A DNA stretch of 64,000 nucleotides from Gammaproteobacteria bacterium (lineage in GTDB: Bacteria > Pseudomonadota > Gammaproteobacteria > Steroidobacterales > Steroidobacteraceae). The position numbers and the translations under genes are program-made. The notes beneath the pieces are model-generated. The model was not told the origin of the DNA and ran no database searches. It saw only the letters and a list, made by a program, of their open reading frames with translations. The stretch lies in the NCBI GenBank assembly GCA_003132425.1, contig PKXS01000142.1:653-64652 (forward strand). The letters are read 5' to 3'. Shown here in pieces: positions 31,408 through 39,626 of this stretch (the first letter of the stretch is position 1; every line of letters starts with the position of its first letter).

Positions 31408-32589
31408 ATGAAAGAATACGATGTCATCGTCGTGGGTGGCGGCATTCACGGTGCCGGCGTGCTGCAGGCCGTCGTGGCCGCCGGCCACAGCGCCCTGCTT
31501 CTGGAGAGGCGCGCGCTCGCGAGCGGCACGTCGAGTCGATCCAGCAAATTGATTCACGGCGGACTGCGTTATCTGGAATCGGGACAATTCGCGCTGGTGC
31601 GCGAGAGCTTGCGGGAACGCGCCATTCTTTTACGAATTGCCTCGGACCTGGTCGAACTCAGGCCGTTCTTCATTCCCGTCTATCGCGACACGCGGCGTAG
31701 GCCTTGGCAGCTAAGGCTAGGGCTATCGATGTATGCACTGCTCGGTGGATTCGATGCCAGCACGCGATTTGGCAGCGTGCCGCGCCGCGAGTGGGAAACA
31801 CTGGACGGACTCGACACGCGCGGCCTTGATGCCGTGATTCGATATCACGACGCGCAAACGGATGATGCGCAGCTGACCCGCGCCGTGGTGCAGTCGGCCA
31901 TGTCGCTGGGCGCCGAGATTGCGATGCCCGCCGGCTTCGCCGAAGCGCGTCTGGCGCAAAGCCACGTCGATGTGTCGTACCGGCAGGGCTCCTCGACGGT
32001 CGAGTGCCGCGCGCGAGTTCTGGTCAACGCCGCCGGGCCTTGGGCGGCCCAAGTCGCGCACGCGATCCAACCCGCCATCGCAATTCCCGCCATCGATCTG
32101 GTGCAGGGCACGCATATCGTGGTCCCGTTGCAGGTGACGGCCGGGATTTACTATGTCGAAAGCCCACAGGACGGCCGCGCCGTCTTCATCATGCCCTGGA
32201 AGGGAGCAACCCTGATCGGCACTACCGAGACGCCCTTTCGGGGCGAGCCGGATCGAGTTCATCCGCTCCCTGCGGAAGAGGACTACTTGCTTGCCGTGGC
32301 GCGCCGTTACTTTCCCGCGCTCAAGGACATCACCCGCGAGCGCATTGTCGAACGATTCGCCGGTCTGCGCGTGCTGCCCGCCGCGACCCAAGCGGCGTTC
32401 GACCGCTCTCGCGAAACCATTTTCGTCGCGGATCGCGAACCGCATCCGCGCGTGCTCGGGATCTACGGCGGCAAACTCACCGGGTGGCGCGCCGCCGCCG
32501 CGCATGTGCTCGCGCGCATCAGCCCCTCGCTTCCCGTGAGTTCGAGGCGGGCCGAAACGGAAGATCTGGTATTGAGGAGGACGACATGA
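31408..32589 (+). CDS. FAD-dependent oxidoreductase, GlpD-like (short form)
   Basis: Trimmed to the ATG at 31408 (MKEYDVIVVGGGIHGAG...SSRSSKLIHGGLRYLE). 393 aa, lacking the usual GlpD C-terminal domain. Confidence 0.8.
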   Translation: MKEYDVIVVGGGIHGAGVLQAVVAAGHSALLLERRALASGTSSRSSKLIHGGLRYLESGQFALVRESLRERAILLRIASDLVELRPFFIPVYRDTRRRPWQLRLGLSMYALLGGFDASTRFGSVPRREWETLDGLDTRGLDAVIRYHDAQTDDAQLTRAVVQSAMSLGAEIAMPAGFAEARLAQSHVDVSYRQGSSTVECRARVLVNAAGPWAAQVAHAIQPAIAIPAIDLVQGTHIVVPLQVTAGIYYVESPQDGRAVFIMPWKGATLIGTTETPFRGEPDRVHPLPAEEDYLLAVARRYFPALKDITRERIVERFAGLRVLPAATQAAFDRSRETIFVADREPHPRVLGIYGGKLTGWRAAAAHVLARISPSLPVSSRRAETEDLVLRRTT

Positions 32590-33404
32590 TCAAGAATGGC
32601 ATGACCATGCTGTGGCTCGCGCTCGCCGCGCCGCTTGCTCACGCCGACGGCGACTACCTCAGCCCGACGGATGACCGCGTACGCTTATCTCTTGGCATCA
32701 TGCGCATGTCCTCGTCGACCACCCTGCAGGTGGACAGCAGCACGGGCACGCCGGGCACGGACATCAATGCGGAAAACGACTTGGGACTGGATCGCTCGGA
32801 CATCGAACCGAAGTTTCAGGCGATGGTGCGGGTCGGGGAGCGGCAGCGGCTGCGCTTCGACTATTTCACGCTCGACAGAAACGATCAGAAGACCCTTCCC
32901 CTCGACGGTGAGCCGATCATGTTCCGCGATGTGGTGCTGCTGCCCGGCGATCCGGTACAGACCAGTCTCAGCCTGCGCACCCTCGGTATTGCCTATGGAT
33001 ACTCGTTCTGGCATAGCGAGACGCTCGAATTCGCCGCAACGGTCGGCATCAACGATACCCAGATCTCGACCAGCGCCCGCGTGCAATCGCAGACTCGCCA
33101 TATATATGACAACGAGGATCTGGCGGGTCCGGTCCCCACGCTCGGCATCGACGCCACCTGGGTAGTCAGCAAGCGCTTTTATTTCGACGGCCGTGCGCAA
33201 TATTTGCAGCTGCACATCAACGATTTGGACGGCTCGCTTGGCATTTACGAATTGGACGCTCTGTATCGCTTTCGTCCCAACGTATCGTTCGCACTGGGAT
33301 ACAACTCCGTAACGGCGCACCTTGCGTCCACGAAGATCAAGCAAGCCGGCCTTTTCGACTTCGACTCGAGGGGCCCTCAGCTGTTCGTCAGAGTCGAGTT
33401 CTGA
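32586..33404 (+). CDS. Predicted outer-membrane beta-barrel protein
   Basis: ATG at 32586 overlaps the upstream stop (ATGA). Signal peptide MLWLALAAPLAHA, alternating amphipathic strands, C-terminal ...FVRVEF. Confidence 0.6.
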   Translation: MIKNGMTMLWLALAAPLAHADGDYLSPTDDRVRLSLGIMRMSSSTTLQVDSSTGTPGTDINAENDLGLDRSDIEPKFQAMVRVGERQRLRFDYFTLDRNDQKTLPLDGEPIMFRDVVLLPGDPVQTSLSLRTLGIAYGYSFWHSETLEFAATVGINDTQISTSARVQSQTRHIYDNEDLAGPVPTLGIDATWVVSKRFYFDGRAQYLQLHINDLDGSLGIYELDALYRFRPNVSFALGYNSVTAHLASTKIKQAGLFDFDSRGPQLFVRVEF

Positions 33405-33429
33405 TCACCGGTGAGAAATTCCGGCGCAT

Positions 33430-34833
33430 TCACGGGGCGAGGCCGGGTTCCGCCGCGAATTCGACCCGGTTGTTGGCGGCGGCCGCTCGATTCCAGTCCC
33501 CGGCCGTGAGAGTCTCGCTGCGCGCGGGATAGGGAGCGATCGGGCGAGTCGATCCGGCGCTTGCAAGAGACACCGCGATTTGCCCCTGGGTGCGCTGGCG
33601 GACGCCCGCGACCAGATTCGCAAATGCGAGCGATTGGCGCTGTTGCCCCGTTAAAGCTTCCTCGAATGGATTGCCGATGACATCGCATTTTCCGGCGGGC
33701 ATGCCGGCGCTTGCCGGCGTAAACCCGTCCGTCGGATTGCCGGTGAGACAAAATAATCCGGCATAACTGGTGATCCTGACCACGCCATGAAATCCCTGGC
33801 CTTCGAGTCTCGCCAGAAGATCGCGCAATGCATCCAGACGGCCGCGATCAAACGGCAGTTCGCCGTAAGGAACCGTTTCCGTACGCGACGCGGACGTGCC
33901 TGGGCTCGCGGCAAAGACCGTAGCGCCCGGCGCGGCGCCAGTGCTGGGCGACGCCGCCAGGGCGGCCGTGAGATCCTTGACGGTTGAAGTAAGATCCGAC
34001 CGCGCACGGTTGAGTTCCGCATTGGCCGAGGTCAACGACGCGATTTGCGCGCGCGATTTGGCCAAATCATCGCGGGCAAGCGCCCATAAAATGAGAAACA
34101 GAACGGCAATCGCGCAAACCGCCGCGGGCGCCGCCCATCGCGGCCATTCCGGCTGAGTTGCCGGCGCCGCCATCGGCGCAGACTGAATCGGCGGCGGCGA
34201 GGGAAGCACGTCGCGCACGTCGCGCACGTCGCGCACGTCGCTGACGATCCGCGACGCGAAGCTGTCCAGGCTTGCGACGATGAACCGGCGCATATCGACG
34301 GCCTGGTCCTTTACCGCCGCCTCGATGCGCCGCCCCCAATCCACGCGAGGGACAACAGGGTCATACGCCGCCGCGGCCGCGGCGGCGGGGACTTTATCGA
34401 CCGCCAGACTACCTTCCAGCTCGACCGGGAGAAGCGCGGCCTCCGTCATATCTCGACGCTCGGGCAAAAGATGCAGTTCGTACAACACTTTGGATACATC
34501 GACCGGGCGAACCTGCTTCGGCAATACGCCCATCGCCCCCAGCGCGCGCGCTTGCCCGACATACAGCTCGCCCTCCTGCGAGGTGTACATCATGATCGGG
34601 ATCATGGCGGTCTGAGGATTGCTCTTGATCGCTTGAACGGCCTGCAAGCCATCCATACCGGGCATGAGATGATCCATGAAAATCGCGTCAGGCCTATGCC
34701 GCGTCAGATAATCGATCGCCTGCTCGGCTGATTCCGCCATGTCGACTTCAATGTCGTATTTCTCGAGCATGCGGCTCAGGATGACGCGAGCCGACTTGGA
34801 ATCGTCGACGATTAGTGCACGTTTGCGGGCCAT
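33430..34833 (-). CDS. Response-regulator receiver protein with TM helix, coiled coil and C-terminal OmpA-like domain
   Basis: 467 aa. CheY-like REC (LIVDDSKSAR...IFMDHLMPGMDG...LPKQ), DVRDVRDVRDV repeat, TM (AAVCAIAVLFLILWALA), coiled coil, then a degenerate OmpA-like end (...ANNRVEF). Confidence 0.75.
   Translation of the reverse strand: MARKRALIVDDSKSARVILSRMLEKYDIEVDMAESAEQAIDYLTRHRPDAIFMDHLMPGMDGLQAVQAIKSNPQTAMIPIMMYTSQEGELYVGQARALGAMGVLPKQVRPVDVSKVLYELHLLPERRDMTEAALLPVELEGSLAVDKVPAAAAAAAYDPVVPRVDWGRRIEAAVKDQAVDMRRFIVASLDSFASRIVSDVRDVRDVRDVLPSPPPIQSAPMAAPATQPEWPRWAAPAAVCAIAVLFLILWALARDDLAKSRAQIASLTSANAELNRARSDLTSTVKDLTAALAASPSTGAAPGATVFAASPGTSASRTETVPYGELPFDRGRLDALRDLLARLEGQGFHGVVRITSYAGLFCLTGNPTDGFTPASAGMPAGKCDVIGNPFEEALTGQQRQSLAFANLVAGVRQRTQGQIAVSLASAGSTRPIAPYPARSETLTAGDWNRAAAANNRVEFAAEPGLAP
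34207..34242. repeat. In-frame 9-nt tandem repeat (about 4 copies)
   Basis: cacgtcgcg x3 followed by cacgtcgct; encodes (DVR)n inside the 33430..34833 CDS. Confidence 0.9.
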
Positions 34834-35004
34834 AAGAATAGTGTAACGCAGTCCTCTTGAGTACGAATTGCGTCGGCCGGCGGCGACGCTAATGCCGCGG
34901 CCGTGCCCGTGAATTCGCGGCGGCGGCGCTAGCCGTCCGCCGCCGCGACTCCAGGCTTACGCACCGCACTGCGCGCGGAAACGCTTGGGGTACCCGCGCC
35001 GAGC

Positions 35005-35217
35005 TTATGCGGGGTCCGTGCTCTGCGATTCCTTGTTCTGGCCAATCCACGTCAAGGCGGATTCAACGTCGGCGAGTTCGCTGGCCGTGAATCCTTCGAT
35101 CCTGACGCCGGTGGCCTCGGCCTTTTTCTTCGCCAGCTCCGCGGCTGCGATCGTGTGCACCCATACCAGACCACGGCGTACCTTGGCCGTGAATTTTTGC
35201 TGCTTTTCTTCCGTCAT
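35005..35217 (-). CDS. Small hypothetical protein (70 aa)
   Basis: The ATG at 35217 is preceded by AAGGAGAGG with a 4-nt spacer. MTEEKQQKFTAKVRRGLVWVHTIAAAELAKKK...; no family recognised. Confidence 0.45.
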   Translation of the reverse strand: MTEEKQQKFTAKVRRGLVWVHTIAAAELAKKKAEATGVRIEGFTASELADVESALTWIGQNKESQSTDPA

Positions 35218-35387
35218 CGTTCCTCTCCTTGAGATTGTCTCACCGTCATTCCCGCACGATACACGACTCATGCAGCGATAAGGAACCTGCCAGCGAGGTC
35301 CCAGCGACGCTTTTTGATCGCTTGTCGAATACCCGGCAGGGTCTTAAGAAGGTAGCCGGCATGGTTGCCCCTTTCAATCGCCCTCTT

Positions 35388-36170
35388 TCAATCGCGAATG
35401 CCGGTGCCTCTGTTCAGCAGCGTCACGGCCAGTGCGAACATGAACACGGCGGCGGATATCATGATCCCATAGGCCAGCCTGAGATCAACATCCGACGTGC
35501 CGAGAAAGCCGTAGCGGAATGAGCTGACCATGTACAGGATGGGGTTTGCGTTGGAGGCGACGTGCGCCCAATCGGGGAGCATCTTGACGGAGTAAAATAC
35601 GCCTCCAAGGTAAGTCAACGGCGTGAGAACAAAGGTCGGAAACCAGGAAATTTGATCGAAATTCTTGGCAAATATTGCGTTGACGAACCCGCCCAGAGCA
35701 AACACGATGCTGGTGAGCAGCACCGCGGAGACGACCGCGAACACATGCAGCGGCACGAGACGCGTGAAGAACAACGACACCACCGTAACGACCGACCCCA
35801 CGAGTACCCCGCGCAAGACTCCGCCGATCGCATAACCCGCAACGATCAGCCAATTGGGCAGCGGCGAGACCAACAGCTCTTCAAGGTGCTTGCCGAACTT
35901 GGCGCCGAAGAACGAGGACACGACATTGCCGTATGAATTGGTGATGATCGTCATCATGATGAGTCCGGGAGCGATGAACTGCATGTAATCGTAGCCGCCC
36001 ACTTGGCCGACCCGTCTGCCGATCAAGCTGCCGAAAATGATGAAATACAATGTGGCGGTGACGGCGGGCGGCACGATCGTTTGCCCCCAAATGCGCACGA
36101 TGCGATTGAATTCGCGAATGACGATGGTTTTAAAGCCGATCCACTCGGTCCTGGCGCGCGACGCTCGCAT
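35388..36170 (-). CDS. ABC-2 type transporter permease (YadH-like)
   Basis: 260 aa, six TM segments, ABC-2 signature region. 3 nt downstream of the ATPase gene. Confidence 0.9.
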   Translation of the reverse strand: MRASRARTEWIGFKTIVIREFNRIVRIWGQTIVPPAVTATLYFIIFGSLIGRRVGQVGGYDYMQFIAPGLIMMTIITNSYGNVVSSFFGAKFGKHLEELLVSPLPNWLIVAGYAIGGVLRGVLVGSVVTVVSLFFTRLVPLHVFAVVSAVLLTSIVFALGGFVNAIFAKNFDQISWFPTFVLTPLTYLGGVFYSVKMLPDWAHVASNANPILYMVSSFRYGFLGTSDVDLRLAYGIMISAAVFMFALAVTLLNRGTGIRD

Positions 36171-36173
36171 GAT

Positions 36174-37112
36174 TTACGCGCTCTTGACGGCGGCGTCTTT
36201 GGCCCCGCCGTCGACGAGGCGAATGAACAGCTCCTCGAGCCGATTGACCTTGTTGCGCATGCTGTTGACTTCGATTCCCTGCGAGGAGAACTGCGCAAAA
36301 ATATCGTTCAAACTCTGCGACTTCGACATTTCGATCTCGAGCGTATGGTCATCGGACAGCAAAGCGTTGAAGCCCGTCAATTGCGGCGGCGTGCTCCTGG
36401 AATTGCGTAGATTGAATACGAAAACTTCCGTCTGCAGCTTACGAAGTACGTTGGTCATGCTGTCGCGCTCGATGATCTTGCCGCCGTCGATGATCGCGAT
36501 ATGGCGGCAAAGATTTTCCGCTTCCTCCAGGTAGTGGGTCGTCAGGATTATCGTGGTGCCCTGCTCGTTGATATTGCGCAGAAACTCCCACATCGACCGG
36601 CGAATCTCGATGTCGACGCCCGCGGTCGGCTCATCCAGAATCAACAGCTGCGGTTCGTGCATCAAGGCGCGCGCAATCATGAGGCGCCGCTTCATGCCGC
36701 CCGACAAAGTGCGCGCGATCGAGCCGCGCCGGTCCCACAACTGCAATTGCTTCAAGTACTTTTCGGCGCGTTGTTTGGCGAGCGGCCGCGGTATTCCGTA
36801 GAATCCCGCTTGGTTCACTACGATCGTAAACACCGTCTCGAACATGTTGAAATTGATTTCCTGCGGCACCAGGCCGATGCAGGACTTCGCTACTTCAAGC
36901 TCGCGATCGATGTCGTGGCCGAAGACTTCGACAACGCCGCTGGTCTTGTTGACCAGGGAAGTGATGATGCCGATTGCCGTCGTTTTGCCGGCGCCGTTCG
37001 GTCCCAACAGCGCGAAGAAATCCCCCTCCGCTACTTCCAGGTCGATGCCTTTGAGCGCCTTGACGCCATTTTTGTAGATCTTCGTGAGCTGGCGGAGGAC
37101 TAGGGCATGCAT
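36174..37112 (-). CDS. ABC transporter ATP-binding protein (YadG-like)
   Basis: 312 aa. Walker A GPNGAGKTT, signature LSGGMKRR, Walker B LLILDEPT. Confidence 0.93.
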   Translation of the reverse strand: MHALVLRQLTKIYKNGVKALKGIDLEVAEGDFFALLGPNGAGKTTAIGIITSLVNKTSGVVEVFGHDIDRELEVAKSCIGLVPQEINFNMFETVFTIVVNQAGFYGIPRPLAKQRAEKYLKQLQLWDRRGSIARTLSGGMKRRLMIARALMHEPQLLILDEPTAGVDIEIRRSMWEFLRNINEQGTTIILTTHYLEEAENLCRHIAIIDGGKIIERDSMTNVLRKLQTEVFVFNLRNSRSTPPQLTGFNALLSDDHTLEIEMSKSQSLNDIFAQFSSQGIEVNSMRNKVNRLEELFIRLVDGGAKDAAVKSA

Positions 37113-37175
37113 AAGAGCCGGTTAGACTAAACCTCGCGAGGCGTCGCCCGCAACTCGCGCGGCGTTCTTCGGGCT

Positions 37176-37793
37176 TCAGGGCAGCCGCGCCGCAGCAGCG
37201 AGTTGCAACCCGTAGAGCTGGACGCGTCGCAGGCCCGCAGGGTCGGAGCGCGACGCCGCGCCCACCAGCGCGCTCCAATATGCCCCGCAATAGCTCCATC
37301 GTGCGGTCAAATTGACAGCCTCGGTGGCGACCAACGCCGGCAGATAGTCGAGCGTCGTGCGGCGGAACGCAGCGGCCGTGTCGGCGTTCATTCCCAGCAG
37401 CAGTTGCGCCGCCAGCCCCGCGGTAGAGGCGACATGCCATGCATAAAAAAGCGCCAAACGCACGAAATTGGCGGTGTCGCTGTCGAGCGCCGGCTCGTCC
37501 GCCACGCACCAGCGGCCGGTGTTCTGCAAACGCGACTGCCAATGCCCGTCATCCTGAAAGCGTAAGTCGAACAACGCGTAAGGACAGTTGGCCGCCGCCG
37601 CCCGTTGCGCCGGCGAGAGCGGCGCCACCTGCCTGCCCAAGTCCGCTGCACCGCCCCTGCCCGCGGCACTCCAGCCCCCAGCCCGTGCGCCGGCCAAGTC
37701 GAGGAACCGATGATTCAAGTCGCGCAAGGAGGCGAGTATTTCAACCGACAGATGCGAATCGGCCGCCCAACTGCTGACGAATGCCTGCTGCAT
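37176..37793 (-). CDS. Hypothetical protein with two weak FlhD-like segments
   Basis: 205-aa ORF, 63 nt upstream of the ABC genes on the same strand and divergent from the FlhC-like gene. By-eye similarity to FlhD in residues about 15-92 and about 105-180 (see findings). Confidence 0.5.
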   Translation of the reverse strand: MQQAFVSSWAADSHLSVEILASLRDLNHRFLDLAGARAGGWSAAGRGGAADLGRQVAPLSPAQRAAAANCPYALFDLRFQDDGHWQSRLQNTGRWCVADEPALDSDTANFVRLALFYAWHVASTAGLAAQLLLGMNADTAAAFRRTTLDYLPALVATEAVNLTARWSYCGAYWSALVGAASRSDPAGLRRVQLYGLQLAAAARLP

Positions 37794-37976
37794 GACCGCC
37801 TCCAGACGCCGTTAAACGATTTCCAGGCTTTTGGGTGGAGTTTTTGCGCATTTCGCTGCGAACACAGCGGCAATCGCGTGTCAACCACTTGGCAGCAACG
37901 CTAACTTTGTGATTAATTTCTGTCAAATTCTTTTTGAGGTCAAAACCGCGCGAATTGCACTGCAAGGGAGACGACA

Positions 37977-38579
37977 ATGAGAGTATCCGACGACCGCTAC
38001 ACCCGCGACCGCCAGCGCCTGGACCTGGCCCTGCGCTTGATCCGCCATGAGGCCCGGACCTTCACCATTCGCCAATGGACCGGCTTGAGCGACGATCGAA
38101 TCCGCAAGCTGTACCGCAGCTATGTCATGAACCAGGATGCACGATGCATTCTTAGGCACCGCGGCAAGTCGCCGCGCCAGGCCGCCTTTTTCTTCAGGAA
38201 CGCCGAATTGAACTTCCAGGGCGCGCAGCTTGCGAGCTTGTTCCTCATGTATGGGCTGTTGAGCGGCACCGCCCTGGGCCTCGAGGCGCGCTATCGCATC
38301 GGATCGCTGGAGTCGGGGACTTTATTTTGCCAGGCCTACGAGGCGTACCTCGAGCTGCACGCGCCCGCAGGCATCTCTTTCGAGCACGCGTGGTTCTTAT
38401 TGCTCGCGCTGGCACGGCGCGACGAATTAGGAATTTTCCGCTGCGGCGCTTGTGGCGGAGTGCAGCTGCGCGACCTGCTCGCACGGCGCGCGCGCTCCTG
38501 CGGGAATTGCCGGCCGGCCGCCGCCGGGGGCACCGGGGCCGCCTTGCAGCCCATAATCGAGTACGTCGCGCCCTGCTAG
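37977..38579 (+). CDS. FlhC-like zinc-ribbon transcriptional regulator (non-flagellar context)
   Basis: 200 aa, GGGAG RBS. Collinear with E. coli FlhC: LSDDRIRKLYRSY vs LSRGRLIKLYKEL, RGKSPRQAAFF vs KGMLPFSTDWF, AYEAYLEL vs AYRLYLEQ. Also a CGAC-x15-CGNC four-Cys site where FlhC has CNCC-x16-CSLC. Confidence 0.7.
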   Translation: MRVSDDRYTRDRQRLDLALRLIRHEARTFTIRQWTGLSDDRIRKLYRSYVMNQDARCILRHRGKSPRQAAFFFRNAELNFQGAQLASLFLMYGLLSGTALGLEARYRIGSLESGTLFCQAYEAYLELHAPAGISFEHAWFLLLALARRDELGIFRCGACGGVQLRDLLARRARSCGNCRPAAAGGTGAALQPIIEYVAPC

Positions 38580-38589
38580 AATCCAATCG

Positions 38590-39534
38590 ATGCAGCAAAG
38601 GAACATTTTCGCGGGCCCGTATCTGGACCGCGCCGCGCATCTGCGCCAGGATCCGGCCTGGTTCGCAGCCGCGCTCGCCGACCCGCATAGCCGCGCGGTT
38701 CCGGTCTGGAATTCCCGCTGCCTCATTGTCGTGGGCGATTCCCCGCGAGCGGCGTTTTTAGAACTCTCCCATGTGGCGCAGAACCGGTTGAACAGCAGCG
38801 ATCTGATCCTGCTGGGCCGATTTGGCGATGCCGATTATTTTGCCTACGAGATCGAAGCGGCCGACCCGCCGCCACTGCTGGACGGCGCGCGCTTCGAGGA
38901 TCTGCGCCAGATCGCGTCGCTCCTGCCCGCCGATGAAGCCGGCGTGTTGGGCTATGCCAAGGCGATGATCTCTTGGCGCCGGCGGCACCGCTTTTGCGGC
39001 AATTGCGGCGCAAAGACGCTGCCGGTCAAGGGCGGACATGTTCTGGTGTGCAGCGATCCGGCCTGTCGCAATGAACAATTTCCGCGCATCGATCCAGCCA
39101 TCATCGTCCTGGTCAACGATGGGGAGCGGGCGCTACTCGGCCGCCAAAGCTCCTGGCCGCTTGGGCGCTACTCCACCATCGCGGGCTTCGTCGAGCCCGG
39201 AGAGTCGCTCGAAGATGCGGTGGCGCGCGAGGTGCGGGAGGAAACGGGGATCGCGGTCGATGGGATCGAATACCACTCATCGCAGCCGTGGCCGTTTCCG
39301 GCCTCGTTAATGCTGGGGTTCACCGCGCGGGCGCTGACTCATGAGGTGCATCTGGGGGATCAGGAGCTCGAGGACGCGCGCTGGTTTTCGCGCGCCGAGC
39401 TCGCCGCGGGCGTGCCGCTCCTGCCTCCGATTCAGTCGATATCCTATCGTTTGATCGAACATTGGTACGATGCCGGCGGGAATCAGCGCCTGCATGATGT
39501 TCAGGGAGCTGCCCCCTGGCCATCGTCCCGCTAG
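38590..39534 (+). CDS. nudC: NAD(+) diphosphatase (NADH pyrophosphatase)
   Basis: 314 aa. Zinc ribbon CGNCGAKT...CSDPACRNEQFPR, Nudix box GFVEPGESLEDAVAREVREETGI, SQPWPFP motif. Confidence 0.9.
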   Translation: MQQRNIFAGPYLDRAAHLRQDPAWFAAALADPHSRAVPVWNSRCLIVVGDSPRAAFLELSHVAQNRLNSSDLILLGRFGDADYFAYEIEAADPPPLLDGARFEDLRQIASLLPADEAGVLGYAKAMISWRRRHRFCGNCGAKTLPVKGGHVLVCSDPACRNEQFPRIDPAIIVLVNDGERALLGRQSSWPLGRYSTIAGFVEPGESLEDAVAREVREETGIAVDGIEYHSSQPWPFPASLMLGFTARALTHEVHLGDQELEDARWFSRAELAAGVPLLPPIQSISYRLIEHWYDAGGNQRLHDVQGAAPWPSSR

Positions 39535-39626
39535 GCGGCAGTGCTGCGACCTTCGCCTTCGTACTGGGCGCCGCATTCTTTGCCGGACTCGTCGATTCCA
39601 TCGTCGGCGGCGGCGGTCTAATTCAA

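Noticed and set aside
34916-34947. 11-bp GC hairpin (CGCGGCGGCGG/CCGCCGCCGCG) between the 70-aa gene and the REC-OmpA gene
   Set aside because: No U-tract follows on either strand, so it is not a canonical intrinsic terminator. GC-rich palindromes of this type are common in high-GC intergenic DNA.
37885-37905. TGGCAG-N5-CTAAC in the FlhD-like/FlhC-like spacer, considered as a sigma-54 promoter
   Set aside because: The -12 element lacks the conserved TTGC(A/T), so only the GG half matches.
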